64,000 nucleotides of DNA from an uncultured Candidatus Rokubacteria bacterium (GTDB lineage Bacteria > Methylomirabilota > Methylomirabilia > Rokubacteriales > CSP1-6), in the NCBI GenBank assembly GCA_963707305.1, contig CAVPPZ010000004.1, positions 298,590 through 362,589 on the forward strand, written 5' to 3'. Positions 29,653 through 39,306 of this stretch are shown here, piece after piece. The position numbers were made by a program, and so were the translations under genes. Position 1 is the first letter of the stretch; every line of letters starts with the position of its first letter. Under the pieces are notes generated by a model. The model saw only the letters and a list, made by a program, of their open reading frames with translations. It did no database searches and was not told the origin of the DNA.

Positions 29653-30813
29653 ATGTCCGGGCGCCCCTTCCTCTCGATTCCCGGTCCCACCCTCGTGCCG
29701 GAGCGCATCACGCGCGCGATGGCGCAGCCGATCATCGATCACCGCGGCCCGCGGTTCGGCGCGCTCGTGCGGGAGTGCCTGGCCGGGCTCGCGCGCGTCT
29801 TCCGCGCCGAGCGCGGCCACATCGTCGTCTACCCGGGGTCGGGCACCGGCGCGTGGGAGGCGGCCCTCGTCAACACGCTCTCACCGGGCGACCGCGTGCT
29901 CGCGGTGGTGAACGGACACTTCTCGACCGGCTTCGCGAAGACGGCGACGGCGTACGGCATCGAGGTCGAGCGCATCGACGTCGCCTACGGCGAGGGCGTG
30001 CCCGTCGCCGCGGTCGAAGCCCGTCTGGCCGCCGACCAGGCGCACGAGCTGCGCGCGGTGCTCGTCGTGCACAACGAGACGTCGACCGGCGTCACGTCGA
30101 ACGTGCGCGCCGTGCGCGAGGCGATGGACCGCGCGCGCCATCCCGCGCTCCTGCTCGTGGACACGGTGTCGTCGCTGGCGTCGATCGAGTTCCGTCACGA
30201 CGAGTGGGGCGTCGACGTGACGCTGACGGGCCCGCAGAAGGGCCTGATGCTGCCGCCGGGCCTGGCCATCCTCGCCGTGAGCGACAAGGCGCTCGCCGCG
30301 AGCGAGAAGGCGAAGTGCCCGCGCTCGTACTGGGACTGGACGCCGGTGCTCGAGCGGAACAAGCGCGGCGAGTTCCCGTACACGCCGGCCACGCTCCTGC
30401 TGTTCGGGCTCCGTGAAGCACTCGCGATGCTGGAGGAGGAAGGGCTCGAGCAGGTCTTCGCGCGTCACGCGCGGCTGGCGGAGGCGTGCCGCCGCGCGGT
30501 GCAGGCACTCGGCCTCGAGATCCTCTGCCGCGATCCCGCCGAGTACTCCAACACGCTCACGGCGGTGGTCATGCCCGCGGGGTTCGACTCAGACGCGTTC
30601 GTGCGCCACGCCTACGACACGCTGAACTTCTCGCTGGGCGTGGGGCTCGGCGCCGTGAAGGGCAAGGTCTTCCGCATCGGTCATCTCGGGAGCCTCAACG
30701 AGCTCGAGCTCCTCGGCGCGCTCGCGGGCGTGGAGATGATGCTGAGGGACTTCCGCGTTCCGATCCGCCTCGGCGCCGGCCTCGCCGCCGCCCAGGAGTT
30801 CCTGCTCGGCTAA
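29653..30813 (+). CDS. Class V aminotransferase (serine-pyruvate / alanine-glyoxylate aminotransferase-like)
   Basis: FLSIPGPTLVPERI, VVHNETSTGV, LLLVDTVSSLASIEFRHDEWGVDVTLTGPQKGLMLPPG. Divergent from the D-threonine-aldolase-like gene with ~25 bp between starts. Confidence 0.85.
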   Translation: MSGRPFLSIPGPTLVPERITRAMAQPIIDHRGPRFGALVRECLAGLARVFRAERGHIVVYPGSGTGAWEAALVNTLSPGDRVLAVVNGHFSTGFAKTATAYGIEVERIDVAYGEGVPVAAVEARLAADQAHELRAVLVVHNETSTGVTSNVRAVREAMDRARHPALLLVDTVSSLASIEFRHDEWGVDVTLTGPQKGLMLPPGLAILAVSDKALAASEKAKCPRSYWDWTPVLERNKRGEFPYTPATLLLFGLREALAMLEEEGLEQVFARHARLAEACRRAVQALGLEILCRDPAEYSNTLTAVVMPAGFDSDAFVRHAYDTLNFSLGVGLGAVKGKVFRIGHLGSLNELELLGALAGVEMMLRDFRVPIRLGAGLAAAQEFLLG

Positions 30814-31136
30814 CGGCCCTTCCGCGCGTCGTTGAGCCGCTGGGACTGGACGCCGCTCCTCACGTCGGAGTCGAGATCGGGCCGGGCCGAGGGACGCACG
30901 GGCGAGGTCTCGCGCACCACCTTGCCCGGGTTACGCGTCGCCGCGTACTCGTTCACGGCCGCGTCGGCATCCGTGCGGATCTGTTCCGGGGTGGGTTTCG
31001 GCAACACGATCGAGCGCCGTTGCTTGGTCTGCATCTCGAGGTCGCCGGTGCTGGGCTTGGGCGACTGCGCCGCCGCCGCGAGCGGCAGACCGGCGACGAG
31101 CATCGCGATCCCCATGGCGAGCGTCGACTTCATCAC
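30810..31136 (-). CDS. Small secreted protein with signal peptide
   Basis: MMKSTLAMGIAMLVAGLPLAAAAQSPKP... Last gene of the LemA-TPM operon. Confidence 0.5.
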   Translation of the reverse strand: MMKSTLAMGIAMLVAGLPLAAAAQSPKPSTGDLEMQTKQRRSIVLPKPTPEQIRTDADAAVNEYAATRNPGKVVRETSPVRPSARPDLDSDVRSGVQSQRLNDARKGR

Positions 31137-31177
31137 GAACCTCCCTGCCCCATTGATGCCCAGCGTACACCCGCGAC

Positions 31178-31633
31178 TTACCCGGTACTGACTTCATTCG
31201 CCAGCTCGTCGGGGTCGTGGCCCGGCCCACGCGGGAAGTGCTGCGCCAGCGCCCGGCCCAGCTCCTCCACCGCGCGGACGACGGCCTCGCGTGGCGCCGC
31301 GGCTCGGAGGTGGCCCACCATCAGGTCGCGCACGCCTTCCCAGTACGCGTCGCCGACCCGCGCGTGGATCCCCGCGTCACCGACGATCGCGAGCTTTCTG
31401 TCCTCCAGCGCGAGGTAGACGAGGACGCCGTTGCGCTGACGCGTCTTGTGCATGCGGAGACGGCGGAAGACTTCCTGCGCGCGGCCGATCGTCTCGCGGC
31501 CCGCCGGCACCGCGCGCTCCATGTGCACGCGGATCTCGGCCGTGGTCAGCGACTCCGCGCCACGGACGGCACGTGCGATCGCGTCGAGATCCTCGACGCG
31601 GAAGAGGTTCAGCACCCAGGCCGGATGCGCCAT
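31178..31633 (-). CDS. TPM-domain protein (TLP18.3/Psb32/MOLO-1 phosphatase-like), short form
   Basis: ATG overlaps the upstream stop (TGATG). LFRVEDLDAIARAVRGAE...GVLVYLALEDRKLAIVGDAGI...AVEELGRALAQHFP. Confidence 0.6.
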   Translation of the reverse strand: MAHPAWVLNLFRVEDLDAIARAVRGAESLTTAEIRVHMERAVPAGRETIGRAQEVFRRLRMHKTRQRNGVLVYLALEDRKLAIVGDAGIHARVGDAYWEGVRDLMVGHLRAAAPREAVVRAVEELGRALAQHFPRGPGHDPDELANEVSTG

Positions 31634-32380
31634 CACCAGTTTCCGCTCGCGCCGCCCCCGCCGAAGCCGCCGCCGCCGGAAGAGAAGCCACCGAACCCGC
31701 CGCCACCACCGCCATCGCCGCGCCGCCCACCGCCGAACGGGGGAAAGAAGACGACGGGAGGCACGCCCCACCCGCGGCGTCCGCCGGCCGTGTACCCGCG
31801 CGTGATCCCGCGCGTCGTCGCCGCCTCGCGCATCAGCATGACCGCGATGACGGCGAGGATCCCGAAGAAGCCGACCACGCCCCAGAACGGAAAGTTGGAG
31901 CCGCGACCGCGCGAGGTTCCCCGCCGCTCGGCCGGCGCCTTCGTCTCCACGCGCGCGTAGATCGCCCGGGCCGCCGCTTCGAGCCCGGCGTCGTACCGGC
32001 CCTCGCGAAAGCGCGGCGCGATCGATTCGCGGATGATGCGTCCGGCCTCGATGTCCGGGATCGCGCCCTCGAGGCCGTACCCCACCTCGATCCGGACCTT
32101 CCGGTCCGCCACGAACACGACGACGATCGCGCCGTCGTCGAGCGCCTTGCGGCCGACACGCCATTTCTCCGCGAGGCGGATCGAGAAGTCCTCCAGGCTC
32201 TCGCCGTCCAGCGACGGAAAGATCGCCACCACCACCTGCGCGCCGGTGGCGCGCTCGCCGTCGGCCAGCACACCCTCGAGCCGCGCGCGGCCCTCGGGCG
32301 TCAACGCATTGGCATAGTCGTTCACTCGGACCGTCGGGGCAGGCGGGACGACGAGGCCGAGGACGAGAAGGACGGCGAGG
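31633..32380 (-). CDS. TPM-domain protein, YgcG-like with C-terminal TM helix and Gly-rich tail; no canonical start codon found in frame
   Basis: Hydrophobic signal LLLAVLLVLGLVVPPAPT, VNDYANALTPEG, VVAIFPSLDGESLEDFSIRLAEKWRVGRK, TM GVVGFFGILAVIAV, tail GGGGFGGFSSGGGGFGGGGASGNW. Upstream in frame there is only a TGA and no ATG/GTG/TTG before the signal peptide. Confidence 0.65.
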
Positions 32381-32386
32381 AGCAGG

Positions 32387-32980
32387 CTAGAACTTCACGG
32401 GCGGCGGCGTGGCAGCGCCCGGCGCCGCCTCGAAGAACGCCTTGGGCGTGAAGCCCGCCAGCCGCGCGACGATGCTACCGGGAAAGAGCCGGAGCCGCGT
32501 GTTGTAGGCGGCGACGGCATCGTTGAAGCGCTTGCGCTCGACCGCGATGCGGTTCTCGGTGCCTTCGAGCTGCTTCTGGAGGTCGAGGAAGTTCTGGTTC
32601 GATTTCAGCTCGGGGTAGCGCTCGACGGTGACGAGGAGCCGGCTCAAGGCGCCTGACAGCTCGCGCTGCGCGGCCTGGAACCGCTCCATCGCCTTCGGGT
32701 CGTTCAGCGCTTCCGGCGTGAGCTGCACGCCGGTGGCGCGCGCCCGCGCCTGCGTCACGCTCTCGAGCACGCCGCGCTCCTGCGCCGCGAAGCCCTTCAC
32801 GGTCTCCACGAGGTTGGGGATGAGGTCGGCGCGCCGCTGGTACTGGTTCTGCACCTGCGCCCACGCGGCGTTCGCCGCCTGGTCGAGGGTGATGAGCTGG
32901 TTGTTGATGCCGACGCCCCAGGCGACGAGGCCGCCCAGCACCACCAGGACCACGAGTCCGATGATCAATCCGCGGCTCAC
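32387..32980 (-). CDS. LemA-family protein
   Basis: GLIIGLVVLVVLGGLVAWGVGINNQLI, QYQRRADLIPNLVETVKGFAAQE, RYPELKSNQNF. GTG at 32980 preferred. The ATG at 33043 would overlap the divergent receiver gene. Confidence 0.75.
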   Translation of the reverse strand: MSRGLIIGLVVLVVLGGLVAWGVGINNQLITLDQAANAAWAQVQNQYQRRADLIPNLVETVKGFAAQERGVLESVTQARARATGVQLTPEALNDPKAMERFQAAQRELSGALSRLLVTVERYPELKSNQNFLDLQKQLEGTENRIAVERKRFNDAVAAYNTRLRLFPGSIVARLAGFTPKAFFEAAPGAATPPPVKF

Positions 32981-33005
32981 GCTTTGGATTATAGTGTCCG
33001 GCGCA

Positions 33006-33402
33006 ATGGCCCGGGGAGGGTTCTTCGCCGTCGACTCGCTCACCGGCGTCCACGCTCTCGTGGTCGACGACGACGCCGTCGCTGCGCAACGCGCTCGTCT
33101 CGCTCCTCCGGTATTGCGGCGCGCTCGTGACCGTCGTGGCGACCCCGGACGACGCGCTCACGGCCATGGACCAGGTGAGACCCGACGTGATCGTGGTGAC
33201 GATCACCACGACGGGCTGCACGCCCTCGCTCGCGCGGCGCGTGCGCGCACGCAAGCCCGAGGACGGCGGGAATGCGCCGATCGTCGCGATCCTCCGCCGG
33301 GGTGCGAGCGACGTGCCTGACGGCGTGAACGTCCACCTGACGGAGCCCTTGAACCCGTGGGAGCTCTGCCGGGAAATCTCGATGCTGCTGGCGACGGGGT
33401 AG
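33006..33402 (+). CDS. CheY-like receiver-domain protein lacking the phosphoacceptor Asp (pseudo-receiver), one frameshift near 33075
   Basis: VHALVVDDDAV then +1 frame LLRYCGALVTVVATPDDALTAMDQVRPDVIVVTITTTG...PIVAIL... The position equivalent to the phospho-Asp reads VVTIT. TATAGT 12 nt upstream of the ATG. Confidence 0.5.
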
Positions 33403-33409
33403 GTGCGCG

Positions 33410-33820
33410 GTGGGGCGCCGCGACCCGTTGCCGCGCGAGAGCCTCGTCGGCGTGCAGGTGCTCGTCGTCGACGACGACCCGGAAGCGTGCGAGCTGCTGG
33501 CCACCATCCTCGGATACTGCGGCGCGCTCGTCACCACGGCCAGGAGCGCGGACGCCGCGCTCACCAGCGTCAGCAGCGTCGTCCCCGACGTGATCGTGTG
33601 CGACATCGTGATGGAGCGCCACGACGGCTACTGGTTCCTGTCGGAGCTCCGGAAGCAGCCCGGCGGGGCTGGCGTTCCCGTCATCGCGGTGACGGGCTAC
33701 AACGAGGTGCACCGCGCCGAGCGGACGCTGTCGGCGGGGTTCAACGGCCACGTCCGCAAACCGATCGACCCGTGGGAGCTGGCGCGCCTGGTCGGCGCGC
33801 TCGCGCGCCCGCGCACGTGA
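33410..33820 (+). CDS. Single-domain response-regulator receiver (CheY-like)
   Basis: VLVVDDDPEACELLATIL, DVIVCDIVMERHDGYWF, PVIAVTGY, GFNGHVRKPIDP. Confidence 0.75.
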   Translation: MGRRDPLPRESLVGVQVLVVDDDPEACELLATILGYCGALVTTARSADAALTSVSSVVPDVIVCDIVMERHDGYWFLSELRKQPGGAGVPVIAVTGYNEVHRAERTLSAGFNGHVRKPIDPWELARLVGALARPRT

Positions 33821-33828
33821 GGACGCAG

Positions 33829-34176
33829 ATGGCGAAGGTCGAATGGAGCTATCACCGGCAGGGCTGAACGACGTGCAAGAAGACGCAAGAGTTTCTTGCG
33901 TCGCACGGGGTGCAGGTCGCCGCGCAGACGGATGCGAAGAAGGCCACCATTCGCGGAGACGCGGCGCTCGGGGCACTGAAGGACGTGGACGAGCTCTACG
34001 TCATGAAGGGCGCGAAGGTCGTTCACGTCGACCTCAAGGCGCAGAAGCCTGCCAGGGCGGAGCTGCTCGGCCTGCTGCTCGGGCCGACGGGGAACTTGCG
34101 CGCGCCGACGCTGCGCCGGGGACGTACGCTGCTCGTCGGGTTCGACGCCGCCACCTACGCCCGGGTGCTGCGTTGA
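33829..34176 (+). CDS. ArsC-family (Spx/YffB-like) glutaredoxin-fold protein, frameshifted near 33855-33870
   Basis: MAKVEWSYH, then +2 frame CKKTQEFLASHGVQVAAQTDAKKATI, then GDAALGALKDVDELYVMKGAKVVHVDL...LLVGFDAATYARVL. Confidence 0.5.
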
Positions 34177-34209
34177 CCCTCTCCGCGCACGCGTCGTAGA
34201 CTTCGCGCC

Positions 34210-35038
34210 ATGCCCGAACCGCTCCCGGACTACCACGTCAAGGCCGTCAACACGTCCTCGGACAGCGAGAACAAGATCCATGACACCGCCACCGCGCGCC
34301 GCTACGGCTTCGCGGGCGGCCTGGTGCCCGGCGTGACCGTCTACGCCTACCTCACGGAGCCGCTGGTGGCGGCGCTCGGCCCGGCGTGGATTCAACGTGG
34401 CACCGCGAGTGTGAGATTCGTGAAGCCCATTCTCGACGGGGAAGCCGTCCAGGTGGCCGGGGAGATCACCGGGCGGGACCCGCAGGGCGGCGTCTCGGCC
34501 ACCGTCCGCGCGACCACGGCGAGCAGCGGGGAGTGCGCGGTGCTCAACGCAACCCTGCCGGCGGGCTCGCCCACGCCGCTCAACCTCGCGCTGTACGCCG
34601 AGGCGCCGCTGCCGGCGGAGCGCGTGCCGGGCACGCGTGCAGTACTTCGACACGCACGCGGTTCTCGGCACGTTCGTCACGCCCTACGACGCCGCGCAGG
34701 CCCAGGACTACGTGACCACCGTGTCCGACCCGCTGCCGGTCTATCGCCCGGCCGGAGGCGGCTGGATCCATCCGGCGTTCTACACCTGGCTCGGCAACCG
34801 GTCCCTGCGGACGAACGTCATCATCGGCCCGTGGATCCACATCGGCAGTGTGGTGCGGCATCTCGCGCCCGCGCGCATCGGCGACACGCTCGCGGCGCGG
34901 GCGCGCGTGCGCTCGCTCTGGGACAAGAAGGGCCGCGACTTCGTCGAGCTCGACATCGCGATCCTCGCCAACGGCAAGCCGGTGGCGCACGTGCTCCACT
35001 CCGCGATCTACCGCCTGCCGGAACCCGAGAAAGGCTAG
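34210..35038 (+). CDS. Double hot-dog MaoC-like (R)-hydratase, one frameshift near 34630
   Basis: N-terminal hot-dog YGFAGGLVPGVTVYAYL...VKPILDGEAVQVAGEIT. C-terminal hot-dog after frame switch HPAFYTWLGN...GDTLAARARVRSLWDKKGRDFVELDIAILANGKPVAHVLHSAIYRL. Confidence 0.65.
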
Positions 35039-35040
35039 CC

Positions 35041-36252
35041 ATGGATCTGAATTACGCGCCCGAGGACCTCGCGTTTCGTCGCGCCACACACGCCTGGTTC
35101 GCGTCGAACACGCCGGCGGTCGAGCCCAAGACGCTGGCCGAGCGCAAGGCGTGGCACCGCACGCTGTACGACGCGGGCTACGTCGGGATGCTGTGGCCCA
35201 AGGCGTACGGCGGGCGCGGCGCGTCGCCGATGCAGCAGGCCATCGTGCAGGACGAGATGGCGCGCGCGAGCGCGCCGCCGCCGATCAACGGGCTCGGCAT
35301 CGGGTTCATCGGCCCGACCATCATCGTGCACGGCACCGAGGCGCAGAAGCAGCGCTACCTGCAGAAGATGCTGACGGCCGAGGAGATCTGGTGCCAGCTC
35401 TACTCGGAGCCGAACGCCGGCTCCGACCTCGCGGGCCTGAAGACGCGCGCCGAGGACGCCGGCGACCATTTCGTGGTGAACGGCCAGAAGATCTGGACGT
35501 CGAGCGGCCCGATCGCGGACTGGGGCATCCTGCTCGCCCGCACCGACTCGAAGGTGGCCAAGCACAAGGGCATCTCGTGCTTCCTCTTCAGCATGCGACA
35601 GCCCGGGGTCGAGGTGCGGCCGCTCAAGCAGATCACGGGGAGCTCGCTCTTCTCGGAAGTGTTCATGACGAACGCCCGCGCGGAGAAATCCGATCTCATC
35701 GGGGTGCTGAACGGCGGGTGGGAGATCGCGCAGACCACGCTCGGCTACGAGCGAGGCGCCAACTCGCTGGGCCGCGTCACGCGCTATCTGATGGCGTTCC
35801 ACCAGCTCGTGGCGTCGGCGAAGGGACTCAAGCGCAACGGCAAGTCGCTGATCGAGGATCCCGTGGTCCGCGCGAAGCTCGGCAAGGCCTTCGCGGAGCT
35901 CGAGGTGCAGCGCTACGCCGCGCTGCGCGTGCTCTCCGCGCTCGCGAAAGGTGAGCCGATCAGCTCGGCGTCGTCGATCACCAAGCTCTCCTACACGGAG
36001 TTCGAGAAGCGCTTCTTCGAGATCGGCCTCGAGATCCTGGGGCCGTGGGGCCAGCTCATGCCGGGGTCGCCCGACGAGGTCACGGAAGAGGTGTCGACGT
36101 CGTCCGGGGAGCCGGGCACGTTCGCGACGGCGTTCCTCTGGTCGCGCGCGGGCACCATCTATTCCGGCTCGTCGGAGATCCAGAAGAACGTCATCGGCGA
36201 GCGCGTGCTCGGTCTTCCCAAGGAGATCCGCGCGGATCGGGTGAAGAGGTAG
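35041..36252 (+). CDS. Acyl-CoA dehydrogenase, probable alpha subunit of a two-subunit ACAD (FadE/ChsE-like)
   Basis: LWPKAYGGRGASPMQQAIVQDEM, CQLYSEPNAGSDLAGLKT, FVVNGQKIWTSS, TIYSGSSEIQKNVIGERVLGLP. Confidence 0.85.
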   Translation: MDLNYAPEDLAFRRATHAWFASNTPAVEPKTLAERKAWHRTLYDAGYVGMLWPKAYGGRGASPMQQAIVQDEMARASAPPPINGLGIGFIGPTIIVHGTEAQKQRYLQKMLTAEEIWCQLYSEPNAGSDLAGLKTRAEDAGDHFVVNGQKIWTSSGPIADWGILLARTDSKVAKHKGISCFLFSMRQPGVEVRPLKQITGSSLFSEVFMTNARAEKSDLIGVLNGGWEIAQTTLGYERGANSLGRVTRYLMAFHQLVASAKGLKRNGKSLIEDPVVRAKLGKAFAELEVQRYAALRVLSALAKGEPISSASSITKLSYTEFEKRFFEIGLEILGPWGQLMPGSPDEVTEEVSTSSGEPGTFATAFLWSRAGTIYSGSSEIQKNVIGERVLGLPKEIRADRVKR

Positions 36253-36255
36253 GCC

Positions 36256-37375
36256 ATGGACTTCGCCTTCACGTCCGATCAGCAGCTCCTGAAGAACTCG
36301 GCGCGCGCGTTCCTCGACGAGCACTGCAAGCCCGCCACCGTGCGTCTCCTGTGGACGGATCCGCGCGGCGAGAGCGAGGCGATGTGGAAGGAGATGGCGC
36401 AGCTCGGCTGGCTCGGCCTCGCGCTGCCCGAAGCCCACGGTGGCAGTGACCTGGGCATGGTCGAGACCGCGATTCTCCTCGAAGAGCTCGGGCGCGCGAC
36501 CTATCCCGGCCCGTATCTGCCGACGGCGCTCGTGGCGTCCGCGATCAACCTCGCCGGCACCGACGCGCAGAAGAACCGCTGGCTGCCCGGCCGTCTGCGC
36601 CGGCGGCGCCCGCGCGTCGCTCGCGCTCCTCGACGGCGAGCTGTCGTGGGCGCCGGACGCCATCGCGACGCGCGCGGAGAAGGCCCCCGGCGGGTGGAAG
36701 CTCTCGGGCGCGAAGCCGTTCGTCGCGTGGGCCCATCTCGCCGACGTGATCCTGGTCCCGGCGCGCGCGCCGGAAGGGCTCACGCTGTTCCTCGTGGATC
36801 CGGGCGCGGCGGGCTTCACGCAGACGCCGGTCACGGGCATGGATCTCGCCACCCGCTGGGTGAACCTCGCGCTCGACGGCGTTCCCGTCGGCGCCGACGC
36901 GGTGCTCGGCGCGCCGGGCAAGGGCCAGGCGCTGCTCGGGACGCTGCTTCGCATGGGCGCGGTCGGCGCCGCCGCCGAGATGCTCGGCGCCGCCCGCCGC
37001 TGTCTCGACATGGCCGTCGAGTACGCGAAAGTGCGCGAGCAGTTCGGCCAGCCCATCGGCTCGTTCCAGGCCATCCGGCACAAGTGCGCCGAGATGCTCC
37101 TCGAGGTCGAGAACTCGCACGCCGCCGTGTACTACGCGGCGTGGGCGCTCGACGCGAAGGCCGAGGACGCGGACCTTGCGGCGTCGGTCGCGAAGTCGTA
37201 CGTCGGCGACGCGGCGCGGAAGGTGTGCGGCGAAGCCATCCAGGTGCACGGCGGGATCGGGTTCACCTGGGAGTACGACCTCCACCTCTACTTCAAGCGG
37301 GCGAAGGCGCTCGAGGTCCAGTACGGCGACGCGGACTACCACCGCGAGCTGATCACCAGCCGCGTCGCATCGTGA
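36256..37375 (+). CDS. Acyl-CoA dehydrogenase family protein, probable partner (beta) subunit; one frameshift near 36600
   Basis: FTSDQQLLKNSARAFLDEHC, ALPEAHGGSDLGMVE, then shifted GWKLSGAKPFVAWAHLADVILV...FGQPIGSFQAIRHKCAEM...IQVHGGIGFTWEYDLHLYFKRAKALEVQYG. Confidence 0.75.
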
Positions 37376-38517
37376 CCCCACTCGACGGCATTCGCGTCGT
37401 CGACTGCTCCGGCTACATCGCCGGGGCGTATGCGGGGATGATGCTCGCCGACCTCGGCGCCTCCGTCATCAAGGTGGAGCCGCTCGAAGGCGAAGCCTTC
37501 CGCGAGCTGCCCGGGTTCTACGCGTGGAATCGCGGCAAGCGGTCGATCGCGCTGAACCTGAAGTCCCCCGAGGGCGTCGCCGTCGTCGAGAAGCTCGTCC
37601 GTGACGGCGACGTGTTCCTCGAGAACATGCGCGCGGGCGTCGCCGACCGGCTGGGTCTCGGCTACGAGGCGCTCTCGCGGATCAATCCACGTCTCGTCTA
37701 CTGCTCGGTGACCGCGTTCGGCTCCACCGGCCCGTACGCGGACCGGCCCGGCTTCGACCCGCTCCTCCAGGCGATGTCCGGCATGATGGCGCTGCAAGGG
37801 TTCGGTGGCCCGCCGCAGTACCTGCGCATCGCGGTGACCGACTACTACACGGCCTCGCTCGCGGCGCAGGCGATGATCACGGGCCTCTTCGTGCGCGAGC
37901 GCACGGGCCGCGGCCAGCGGGTCGAGACCTCGCTGCTCCACGGGTCGCTCTCGTTCCAGTCCGGCAACACGGTGGAGTACGCGGGCAAGCCGACGGGATT
38001 CCGTCCGAGCCCCGCCTACCGTCTCTACCAGGCCGGCGACGACGAGTGGTTCTTCCTGGCCTGCGGCAACCAGGTGATCTGGGTCCGGCTCTGCAAGGCG
38101 CTCGGCCTCGACGACCTCGCGCATGACCCGCGCTTCGCCTCGTGGATCCTCCGCAACGACAACGCCGCCGCGCTCATGCCCCTGCTCGAGGCGCGCTTCC
38201 GGACGAAGCCGCGCAGCCACTGGCTCGAGCTGCTGGCGGAGCACGACGTGCCGGCGGCGCCCGTGCAGACGCTGGCCGATTTCATGGCCAACGATCCCGC
38301 CGTGCGCCATCACGACCTCGTGCGCGAGTACGAGCATCCCGAGATCGGCCGGCTCCGGATGCTGGGACAGCCGCTCGTCTTCTCCGACACACCGACGCAG
38401 GATCCCGGGCGGCCTCCGACGCTCGGCGAGCACACGGACGCGATCCTCCGGGAGGTCGGCTACGACGACGCGGCCATCGCCGCTCTGCGCACCAAGAAAG
38501 TCCTGAGGACCTCATGA
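37372..38517 (+). CDS. CoA-transferase family III (CaiB/BaiF-like)
   Basis: GTGA overlap. [63 protein letters not shown]. Confidence 0.85.
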   Translation: MTPLDGIRVVDCSGYIAGAYAGMMLADLGASVIKVEPLEGEAFRELPGFYAWNRGKRSIALNLKSPEGVAVVEKLVRDGDVFLENMRAGVADRLGLGYEALSRINPRLVYCSVTAFGSTGPYADRPGFDPLLQAMSGMMALQGFGGPPQYLRIAVTDYYTASLAAQAMITGLFVRERTGRGQRVETSLLHGSLSFQSGNTVEYAGKPTGFRPSPAYRLYQAGDDEWFFLACGNQVIWVRLCKALGLDDLAHDPRFASWILRNDNAAALMPLLEARFRTKPRSHWLELLAEHDVPAAPVQTLADFMANDPAVRHHDLVREYEHPEIGRLRMLGQPLVFSDTPTQDPGRPPTLGEHTDAILREVGYDDAAIAALRTKKVLRTS

Positions 38518-39300
38518 AGAGCTACGAGACGATTCTCTACGCGGTCGACGAGCAGGTGGCGACGATCACGCTCAACCGGCCCGAGGTGCACAACGCGCAG
38601 AACGACACGCTGCGACGGGAGCTGCACCAGGCGTTCACCGCGCTGAGCACCGACGACGACGTCAAGGCGATCGTCATCACCGGCGCCGGCGAGCGCGCCT
38701 TCAGCGCGGGCGCCGACATCCGCGAGTTCGTCGAGCCGGCGTCGCCGACGCAGCTGCGCGAGCGCCGCAAGCGCATCGAGTACCGCGCCGTGATGGACCG
38801 CTGCTCGCAGCCGATCATCGCGGCCATCAACGGCTTCGCGCTCGGCGGCGGGCTGGAGCTGGCGCTCGCGTGCGACATCCGCATCGCCGCCGAGAACGCG
38901 ACGCTCGGGCTCACCGAGATCAACCTCGCGATCATCCCGGGCGGCGGCGGCACCCAGCGCCTGCCGCGGCTGGTCGGCAAGGGCAAGGCGCTCGAGATGA
39001 TCCTGACCGGGGCCAGGATCCCGGCGTCGGAAGCGCTCCGCATCGGGCTCATCGAGCGCGATGGTGCCGGCGGGCGAGGCGCTCAAGGCGGCCACCGAGC
39101 TCGCGCGCACGATCGCCGAGAAGGCGCCGATCGCGCTGCGCTACGCGAAGGAGTCGGTGGTGAAGGGCCTCGGCATGGCGCTGGAAGACGGCCTGCGGCT
39201 CGAAGGCGACCTCTCCACGCTCCTGCGCACCACCGAGGACCGCGTCGAGGGCGCGAAGGCGTTCCTCGAGAAGCGCAAGCCCCGATGGACCGGCAAGTGA
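38514..39300 (+). CDS. Enoyl-CoA hydratase/isomerase, one frameshift near 39060
   Basis: ATGA overlap. VITGAGERAFSAGADI, AAINGFALGGGLELALACDIRIAAENA, then shifted tail EGAKAFLEKRKPRWTGK. Confidence 0.75.
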
Positions 39301-39306
39301 GGTGAG

